A DNA stretch of 64,000 bases from Schizochytrium sp. TIO01 (taxonomy: Eukaryota; Protista; Bigyra: Labyrinthulomycetes), in contig SMSO01000005.1 in NCBI GenBank assembly GCA_004764695.1, positions 186,001 to 250,000 of the forward strand, given 5' to 3'. The notes beneath the pieces are model-generated. The model was not told the DNA's origin and did not search any database. It was given only the letters and a program-made list of their open reading frames with translations. Position 1 is the first letter of the stretch. Each line of letters starts with the position of its first letter. The position numbers and the translations under genes are program-made. Below are positions 50,801-64,000 of this stretch, in pieces.

Positions 50801-53800
50801 AGCTCCGTTTCACTCGAGCTTGCTCGCGCCAGTGCAGCCTCGAAGAGCTGCGTTAGATTGCTTGGCGTCGGCGCAGCACGCAGCTTGAGGCTGCTGGCAC
50901 CAACTAAGAGCGTTTGCAACCAATCGACGGTACTGAGCTTTGGAAGTGCCCTGTGGTGGCGACTGAGGAAGCGCTCAAGTTTCATGGGCTGCTAGAGATA
51001 AGCGCAGCTGCGGCCTACCCAGAGGGCGCGCGTACACCCCAATTGCCCTAACGAAACGAACTTAGGATCTTTGGATCTCCAATGTCCCTCAGGACATCCT
51101 TTAGGTCAGAGACACTCGATTCGTCGCTGCTTGACAAACCTCGAAGGCTTTGGGGCTCTGTCTTCGCCATTGCCGCCTTCTCCCGGCGCGGATTCCTCAT
51201 GAGGGCCGCGTGCCCAAACTGGGGCACTGCCCTGTATCCTGGTCTCTTTTCCATCTTGACGGTGGAGGTTTTGGGGATCGTGATGAAAGGTTGAGAGTGT
51301 TGGTATCTGTTTGTTTGTTTTTACTTTTCGTTCCTGCTTTGGGCTTTCAGGAAAGTAAGCAGAGAAAGATGGAGGGTAAAAAGGCTTGGCTGCCAACGTT
51401 GATTTAATGTGTGGAAAGAAGCCTCTCGAAGATTTGGTGTACGCAAGTCCGTAAATTCAACTCGAGACGGTGCATGGACACCCCGTGACGAACTTTGAAG
51501 CAAGACCATGGCCTCTCGCTGCATAGAATATGCACTCTCCGGGGCTCTCGATTGCAAAAGCATGGGTGGCGCTGGCGCTGATCTTTCATGCCCGATGGCG
51601 CCAGAGAGAGGTCCTCGTTCATGAAGACTTGTGGCTCCGTCGCTTGGCTGGTCTACGACGTACTCGAAAGCAGTCTGTCTGGCTGACAGCCAGTCTGACA
51701 GTCAGTCTCACAGTCATCCACGAATACTTTGGCTTTGCGTCACGAGAAGCAGCAATTGGAGAGAGGCGGCAAAAGAACTGTGCGCCATGAATTCCAGCTC
51801 GGTCGAGAATATCCAGATCCTTACACGTGGTGGCATGCTTGTGCAGGTACGCACTCGCTCGCCGTTGCTTGCATAAGTCTCAACTTCAGTTCATTCACCT
51901 TGAGGCGGCTTTGTCCAACGAAGGGTCGCTTGCCAAGCAGGCAGGCTCTGGGCACGCAGCTAGAACCGAGCTTCTTTCGCGAGTCGAATTCAGCCTTGCA
52001 AGATTGACTTCGTCGTGGTGGCCACTGCAGATCAAGATGTGTATCGCCGCACCTGGAGACAGAAGTTGTAATCAATCCTTCAGCGTATTCTGCTGGCAGC
52101 GCCAGGGGTATTGGACTCCGGCCAGTCTTGAACAAGAAGAGCTTCGCCAGTCACACAACGCGACAAGGGCGCCAGGAGAATGAATATAGACGGCAGTGGT
52201 TTAACTTGGCCAGAACCTCGACGCTCCGTGGATACCAAAGGAGCGGGGCGTTGCATCACTCGAGGGATTGAAGAAAGCCGGTCCTGAACAGCCAGGAAGT
52301 ATCGCGACTTCGGGAACCGACCAGTCCTCGTGTGGGCCTGCTGCAGATGATATCCCTGTCGGCACTGCCACGATGGCCTGAGAATGTGGCAGTTTTGTCA
52401 GACAGGCAGTCGGAATCCCACTCAGGGTATAAATAGAGTTCTACTTACCAACCGATGAAGGAGTTAGCTCTATGCGGAGTGCTGTTGTCGAGAAATCGTC
52501 TGTGCGACTGAGAGCATTCGTATTATGAATGAAGTAAGAGAGTTTGAATGGAGCTTGCAGTTTCTGTGTTCATGAGACGGTAGAGTTGAGAATGAATGAT
52601 GCAGTCACGCACGTTGCGTAGACAAATACGGCTAAACGCTAGGTAGCTCGAATGCATGTTAGCTAATGGTCAATGTGCCATATATTGCTACATGAAATCA
52701 TTAAAACCGACCGGTAGATGGATAGGTACATGTGTGTATAGCCATACTCATCTTTCTTCATAGTGCAATCAGAGTCACAGCATCTGGTGCGAAGGTTTCT
52801 TGAGCCATTGCCAAAGTACGACAGCCATTTTGTTTCGCATACCAGGGCTGTCATGCTCATGCCATGAGAGGAAAAGAACCATAGCACAGCGGTTTGCAAA
52901 CGCCACTGAGTAGTAGCGTAACTAGGCGCTAAGTTTGCGCACTTCAGATATCTCAAATGTTTTTTCAATAATGACCTCTTAGTTTTAATATTCAAAAAAA
53001 TAAAATTAAAATAAATAAATTGAAAGGACCGCACCAGACAGAAATCAAAGAAAGTATCGCAGCCGTCGCAATCGGTCGCTACTTTTACAAAACCTTTCTA
53101 TTATGATTCCATTATGATCTAGGACACACGCAGCACCCACGATGCTTGCCAATATACTCGAAGCTCGAGCCCATCAATGAGGAGCGGCATCGTGCCAATT
53201 GAATAGAGTTAATCAGATATAGTCATCAATCCGAAGTGTTAATCGCAAACACACTTATTTATGGTGTGTACCTACCGTGACAATTTGTCGGGCGTCATCT
53301 GAGTTGGTCTTTCTGAGAAACATCCAATCTAAGCACCAATCTAAGAGGAATAGTGTGTTCGCAGAGTCAGCCATCAGGACGCACGAGAAGCTAAGCGTGA
53401 CACTTAGCACCTTTAAAACATGAAGTACTGCCGTACCTCTACAGGTGCTTTGCCCGCAAATAGCCAAGTCATTGGTTGGCCTTTTCGACCAGGCCCGTAT
53501 GACGGAGATATGCATTTCTTTGATGAAGACGTGGCTGAGGAGGTGTGGTTCTTTCTAAAAGCCAACGCTGCCGCCGTCAATTGCTATGCATGAGATTCTC
53601 AAGCGAGTTGTTCTTCGGTGGAAGGCGCAAACCAAGCCTTTAAAAATGCATAATAGCACAGCGCGACAGTATCGCCTTTCTGTTCTCCGTGCTGAAACAT
53701 GTTCCAATGACGGGTGGCGTCCTTACGATGATATTGGCAACCAAGTCTACAGATAACCTTTGAAGAAGAAAAGTCGCTGAGCCCTCGCATTACGCCTGCA

Positions 53801-54942
53801 AAGCACTGCATTGCTGGTTTGTGATGCTTGCAAATAAGCACAAGCACACACGCACACAGATATTGACGATATGCTGTTGCACATGTGATGGATGGATTCG
53901 CGCAAGCTAGGAATGAGCACTTTATTTTCCTCCCTTCTTCCACGAGCCCTCCCAAATAGCAAATCGATGTGTCATGAGCTCTCCGTTGGTTGACTGAATT
54001 GCTCAGCGAGCTCCGCTACGCCGATCAGGTGCGCGGATTATCTATGCAAGCAGAGTACGCTCCCTCCCACCTGGACAAACTCCTGGGCGCAGCAAACGGA
54101 AATATTGATGAGAATCGTGAGGCAACTAGGACAGGGTAGTATTTCTATTCATTTCTGCCTAACAACACCCAACGCAGAGGAACACATCAACTTTGAGGTC
54201 CCAGACCTTCGAAAGCTAATACCTGGACTCCGTTCTTGACGTTGACTCGATGAGCTCGAGGCAGAGACAGAGCAGCAGGATTGCGTTAACGTTGAAAAGC
54301 TGAGGCAAGCTCAAAGTCACAAGAGCTTGCAGGTCTGGAAACACGCACACATTCACACATCTCTGCACCAAGCAAAGATCCTCGAACCGGCTTTTGCGAG
54401 CTGACGCTGTTGCTCCATTCGGAGTGCAGATCCTCCGTGTGGAGTGCAGAGCAAGTGTCTCTAGTGAGCTGCGCGGAAGAAGAAGATGATGATGAAGAAG
54501 AAGTAGAAGAGGACCTTTGGAGGTGGAACGAGTGATCCACGCGTGAAGATGGCTTGGGATGGTGATTAAATGGACCTAGGCAACTGGTAGGTGGTCACGG
54601 TGATGCTTCTGGCAGATGACTTAGCGTGCACGTTTGGAGTGTAGGTACTACCCAATATGTAGTATGTAAGAGCGTGAGGAGCAAGCGTCAACAACACGTG
54701 AAGAGCATGCGAATAATGGGAAAAGAGAATCGGTGGACCCAGCAAAACCGCAAGCAGAGACGAGATCAGGTTTGCCAAGCAGGCAACAGAAGCAGCAGCG
54801 TGGAGACTATTAGGACTACGGGCGCAGCAGTATTACTTAGAGGACCAACAGCGAGACGGCCCTGATACTTGCTGAAAACACAGGACAGGACTGATTGTTC
54901 TGGTTCTCGAACCCCGCTGCAGTTGCCGATTGATAAAGAGTT

Positions 54943-56457
54943 ATGACTGAAAAATTAAGGAGATGGAGAAAGAACTTAAAGAAGTATGTGCCGACACGCC
55001 TGGTTGTCATGGCACTTGCCTCGCGCTTACTGCTATACGGCAACATTCGTGTGCTCTACCCACTAAAGAACTTTATTGCAGAGGACTGGGGTATCTCCTC
55101 CACTGAAATGAACAACATTCTAGCTGCAGGTGAGCTTAGCAGTATTGGTGCTGGTGTCGTTGGTTCGCTTGGCGACATTTACGGACACCGTGTCATGGCC
55201 CTCGGGTCCTGGGGTATGGCGTTAGTCTTTTGCTGCCTTGTTCTTTGCCCACCTTCTTTGGAGCTAGAGATGGTTGCACGTGTCATTTCCTCTCTCTTTG
55301 GCACGGTGTTCATGGTAGCAACTCAGTCCGCCGTAGTAGCGGAAACAGAGCAAAGTCAACTAGGTTATGTCACAGGTATTTCTGAATCTGGTTGGAGCAT
55401 TTCAATTCTTGCCCTTGTGCCAATTCTAACTGTCATTTATGAGAATGGCGGCTGGCGTGCTATGTGGGGGACACTGTGTATTTTAATGGTCCCGCTATGC
55501 TTTGAACTATACTTCAAATTTCCTCAAGATGAGCGTATGGTCAAAGATAAGGAAAGTTCAATGATTAATGTAATGAGTAGCAGCTCTGAAGCCCCGGCTT
55601 TGAAAGAAAAAAACATACTAGATACTAGTGAGACAAATGAAGATCACGTCATGAGTAATTATGGAGGAAATGACTCATTTGCGGGAAACAAAGAGGTTGT
55701 CCCAACGGAAAGAGAAAATATCAATCCTAGAATTAGTGAAGCAAAGGACAACTCAACTCGTAAAATGGAGTTGCAATCCTCCGAGAATGGCCAGCCGCCT
55801 AATACGCCCCCAAAAATGACATGGGCGTGGTTCAAAGAATCGTCGTATTACGCTGTCTTTATGCCGGGGCCGACGATGTTTAACCTCTCTAGTCTGGTTC
55901 TCAACATCGGGCACAACCTTATGTTCCTTGCTTTTACTGACTGGGCATTTATTTATTACAATGTTGATGCTGAAAGCATGGGTGTAGCGAGTTTCGGTAT
56001 TGGTGCAGCCGAGCTAGCTGGTGATTTGTTTGTCATTTTTTTCTCAGGTCGCCTCGGTCTTTTGAACACCATCTATATCACTTGTGTTTTTTTTGCTATT
56101 GCTATCGGTATGTTTATCCTTGCTGCAGAACATTCCTTTGGCGCTGGTGTTGCTCTTGCTGCTATCCTCTTTTTGCCTGGAGAATCTATAATTGTTGCGC
56201 AAATCGCTTTGGCTGAGTCTTACGTAGTTGAGAAGCACCGCACTACCATGCTTGCTATGAACTACCAGTGTCACTTCCTGGGCCGCGCAATAGGCGCTTT
56301 CATTGCAGATTCCATTTGGAATAGAGGCGAAGTATTCTCGTCGGGTCTTTTGGGAGTGGCTTCAACTGTGGTAGCGCTACTCCTGCAATTTTTCTCCTCC
56401 TTTTACATCCCAAAGCCCAGTCCCAAGGCGGAGGATCTTGAAGTAAGTAATAATTGA
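54943..56457 (+). CDS. MFS transporter, paralog 3
   Basis: Near-identical TM regions to paralog 1; divergent central loop and tail. Confidence 0.9.
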   Translation: MTEKLRRWRKNLKKYVPTRLVVMALASRLLLYGNIRVLYPLKNFIAEDWGISSTEMNNILAAGELSSIGAGVVGSLGDIYGHRVMALGSWGMALVFCCLVLCPPSLELEMVARVISSLFGTVFMVATQSAVVAETEQSQLGYVTGISESGWSISILALVPILTVIYENGGWRAMWGTLCILMVPLCFELYFKFPQDERMVKDKESSMINVMSSSSEAPALKEKNILDTSETNEDHVMSNYGGNDSFAGNKEVVPTERENINPRISEAKDNSTRKMELQSSENGQPPNTPPKMTWAWFKESSYYAVFMPGPTMFNLSSLVLNIGHNLMFLAFTDWAFIYYNVDAESMGVASFGIGAAELAGDLFVIFFSGRLGLLNTIYITCVFFAIAIGMFILAAEHSFGAGVALAAILFLPGESIIVAQIALAESYVVEKHRTTMLAMNYQCHFLGRAIGAFIADSIWNRGEVFSSGLLGVASTVVALLLQFFSSFYIPKPSPKAEDLEVSNN

Positions 56458-56829
56458 AGACAAGAGCAGAGCGATAACCTCACCGGATATGTGTTTCCTT
56501 TATGTTTGTACTGAACATTTCCTTTCGAAAGTTTGATATAGTTTGCCATGGTAGTAGGTATATACCTATTAAGTTGATGGCTCTAATTTCTTCAATTCAA
56601 ACCAACGAAGAAGAAGAAGAACTTAATGCTCAGTAAATGGAAGTATGTTCTACATACTAACTCCTTCAATTAAACATCAAATAACATCAAACATTCTCGT
56701 GTATTCATTAATATTCAACAAATGTTCTTCCGTTATACACTTTTAAAATGAACAGCGAAAATCCCTCTAGGTGAGCTAGTTTACAATTTTCGCAATCTGA
56801 AAAACCCAAACTAAAGATTCATTTGGTGT

Positions 56830-58185
56830 AATTGCGGATAAAGCTATGAAACAAGATTACGTTAAGCGGAAAGTGCCTCTTGCTTGGCTCAAAGTACACG
56901 AGGATTTACTTCAGCAAAAGAAATCCTACCTTATGTATGATGATGTGGTCAATCGTGCAGCTCTGTATGGTCGCAGCCATGAGGATGTGGATGAAAGGTT
57001 ACTCTACTTCCATACCCTTGGCATTGTGGTTCACCTGTGTAGCACTGAGGCCCTGCAACGTGCGGTCATCTTGGAACTGCAGTGGCTTCTTGATAAGCTT
57101 ACTCGAGTTATCGCTGATGACATTCATGTACATCAGATGTATCGAAATCGTGATTTGAGGAATGCAGGTGTGGAGGAGGTCTTTTATCGTCTGCGTCGCG
57201 ATGCAATCGCAACACATAGTCTCCTTGAGTTTCTGTGGGAAGGTGAAGAAGTCGACTATCTCATTCGCTTTATGCGAGAGAATTTGCTACTGAGTGACTG
57301 GGTATACAATCGCAAGGCAAAAGAGTCTGAGTACCTTGTCTCAAGTCTATTGTCAGACTCGCAGCGCCATGTGAACACGAGCAAATTCAAGCCTGGATTG
57401 ACTTGTGAACTTGATTTCTCTGAATTTTACCTCCCCAATGGAGTTTTCCAGCGTCTTGTCGCACAGTGTGCAGCCAATGCAACAAGGCCTGATATAAGAG
57501 GGACAGCGCCTCTTGTACCACCTGATCTTGATCGACACACAGCGAGACTTGCACTTGGACGTAATAGTTTTCTATTGCGTGTGCCAGGCGACTCTATTCG
57601 TGTTCAAATTCACCAGAGCGCAAAGACCCCAGCAACCGCAATCAAAGTTTTGATCTCGATGTTTCGAGAGCAGGAGGAAGTTCTCTTTACCAATCAAGTG
57701 GGATCTCCGGCTTTTCGGCGCAAATTCAAAAGAAAGAATTGTTTACAATGCTCTTGAGGCGGCACGCATTTTAGGCGAAACAGAAATTGTTAGTGTGGAT
57801 CATATTATAATTCCTGTCGAGGAATTTGCACCATTTTACGACGAAAATATTGACCGTCTTGATACAGATGAGGATGGAACAAATCTGCCATTTTACGTGA
57901 TTGCAAAACTGAGGAGTGGTGAGGAAAGCCACGTGTTTTAAAGCCATGTAGAGTCCACTGGAGGCAATCTTGCTGAGTTGTTGGCCGAGAAGTTATCTCA
58001 TCGAGGACTCAAAGTTTGTCTTTCAAGAGTACCATGGAAACTTGAACCAGGATGCAATGAAGTACACGAATACCGTTCCCGCGCTTTATCCTGATCTCTT
58101 CAAAGATATAGAATCATTGCCGGTGCGGCGCATATGTTATGCGCAAGAGGCATTTTTGACACAGTTGATTGGCCGTCATAATTAG
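56830..58185 (+). pseudogene. 5'-truncated, decayed ROCO-type COR domain + TIR-like domain gene
   Basis: COR-like KVPLAWLKV..LLYFHTLGIVVH..VILELQWLLDKLTRVI and LPNGVFQRLV. After a frameshift near 57700: HVF*SHVESTGGNLAELLAEKLSHRGLKV, TIR_2-like with TAA at 57939-41, then FQEYHGNLNQDAMK and DIESLPVRR in another frame. No ROC GTPase or LRR immediately upstream. Confidence 0.7.
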
Positions 58186-60257
58186 ACCTACTGATTTTAT
58201 AAATTGTGAAGTATTATCCTTGGGTAAGAGGCAGAGAATGTTTTTTGATAGTTTCTGCTATAGACGTCTACATTGCTTGAGAAGCCATAGACAAGCTCAT
58301 GCCCAGTCCGAGCGTCGTAGAAACTTGCATCGGTCTGAAACATTCAATGGCGACCCTGGTTCACGGTCAGCGCTAAACGCGTCCTTGTAAGCCAGATAAT
58401 CGGATGTGCGGGGTACTGGTGGATGGTAGCGCTACTTTGAGATGATGGAGAGGATTTAGAGAAGGTGAAACTCATTGTTGGCCTTGTCCAGCGCTTTACT
58501 ACTTCTGATGTATGGTCACCTACGAGCCTGGGCTTCGAAATAATAAAGACCATCTTGCGGAGAACAAATGTAGTGCAGACAGTATTATGTATGAGTCGCT
58601 CCTAAAGAATAGTGTTTGGCACGTCCTAGAGCTTAAAATAAACCAGAACGTATGATGTAGTAGCCAACAAACCTGATAAAATCGTACAGAAAAGGTTCAC
58701 CATGCGGAGGATACGTCGTCATCTTTAAAATAAAACCAAGTACACAGGAGGGTATGGAACATCGATATTGATAAAAGCATATATTTCTGTCCGTAGTATG
58801 CACAAGTTGTATGTTGTGATGGTTCATTCAAGCTATCCAAAGATTACACAGAATGCTACCAAGTCGCGCCAGTTGGAGATTGCGATGACATGCGTTCATG
58901 CCGAAATTATAGGATTCTTTGACAAAGCTTTTGATCAGCGACAGTGTTCACGTCCTTTCTGCTGTCTGCTTCTTTACTTCCTAACATGTTCTAGCATTCC
59001 ACTTGTTCAAGTATCCTCTGCGCCAACATGGAGTCTGCAACTGTGATTGCTTCTTTAAAGAAGGGTGTCTCCAAGAACTTGTCCAAGATTCGTCACTGTT
59101 GCTCGTGACCTAACTTCGATGAGAACGAATTCAGGTACCACTTGTTCATGGCTTCGAATCAATATGATGTATGCTCTTCTGCTGTGCATTCTTAATGGCA
59201 CCCACCCCCGTACCAATGGACGTTCGTTTTATCAGCATTGAGACTACCTCAGAGCTATTGCTTCTCGCAGGCACAACAAATTAAAAGGAACTTAAAGATG
59301 CTCTAGAGGTACTCTAAATATCTAAGCGAAACCCTTTTTAGTAAAATGGATCATAGTGCAGGTTTAATCTGGTCAGCGCGGAAGAGACTCTACTGCATTC
59401 CTGTCAAATCCATCCCACCAGCGTGGAACCGCATCAGTGCTGCAATGATCATCGCAGCTACGCTCAGTTTAACTTCGAGTTATTCACTCATAATGATAAT
59501 GGCTCGAACAACTTCTTTGTTAACTATCAGCATCTAAAACAAACTAGCGATACACACACCCATGAAAGCTGGCTCGTCAAAGTCTCATCAAAGGAGCGCG
59601 GCATGAAAGTCCCTGTCATGCCTACGATAGTGAAGTCAATAAGCACCGTCACTTCACCTCTCTCCAATCACCAGACGCAACAAACCTCACCGCGGGTGCG
59701 TGTCTCCTTGCGTTCTGCACGAATTGAGGAATCTCAGTCATTGGCGCGCTTCTCAAAGCTTCTTCACCGCTCATAATCTACATTGCGTTTTCCTTATCAT
59801 GATGTGTTATATTTCTTCAAAAGATCGTACACTTTACTATAAGTTAAATGCGCAGAACATTTACAAATCCAGCATGCTTAAAGGAATGCTCTTCAATCTC
59901 TTTCGAATGCAAAATGTCAATCTCAGAGAAGTAAGCATAATAACTCTGAAGTGGATGCCTCTGAGCTTTCAATATATAGTTTCTCGACTACTCATCTAGT
60001 GATATCACCTTTTTAAAATCAAGACCACTAAGTACTCTTATCATAAACTTTAATGAATCAGCACGTGCGCACGCACTCGCAAAACTTCTGCATCAACACA
60101 GGTAGAAAACCGCGCAGCAGAACCTCAAGCTTCGAGAGAGTAGAGCTGCATCACCAGGCCTAGCGGACGCACACATAAGAGATACGCGTGCTTCAATAAA
60201 AATAGAAAAACCATACCTGGAAAGCTCGGGCTTGCGGAAGCAGATAGATTCTTAGAG

Positions 60258-64000
<3,743 letters not shown>

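Noticed and set aside
50217-54865. Short ORFs that might form a spliced or decayed gene
   Set aside because: No consistent exon chain or homology could be established by eye.

Overview
Eukaryotic genomic DNA with mostly intronless genes and many tetra- and octanucleotide microsatellites. The style suggests a protist, possibly a stramenopile such as a thraustochytrid, but that is inference only. Left to right: (1) a repeat-rich low-complexity protein; (2) an intronless 967-aa fusion of a HAD phosphatase, a T4 Rnl1-type RNA ligase and a P-loop polynucleotide kinase, i.e. a one-gene RNA end-healing and sealing enzyme; (3) three paralogous MFS transporters; (4) an IS607-like element of about 2.1 kb between the first two MFS genes, encoding an apparently intact Fanzor2/TnpB RNA-guided nuclease that overlaps a serine-recombinase TnpA broken by one stop codon, followed by a structured candidate omegaRNA; (5) three tandem secreted Cys-rich proteins with two VWD-like modules, two of them in a ~6 kb tandem duplication; (6) a decayed COR-TIR (ROCO-type) gene fragment; (7) a spliced LRR gene missed by the ORF track, starting at 60258 and running off the window. 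Each of its 28-aa LRRs is its own 84-nt phase-2 exon inside near-identical ~475-bp units, and amino-acid variation concentrates at predicted ligand-contact positions. The LRR cassette gene and the Fanzor element are the strongest candidates for an undescribed system.
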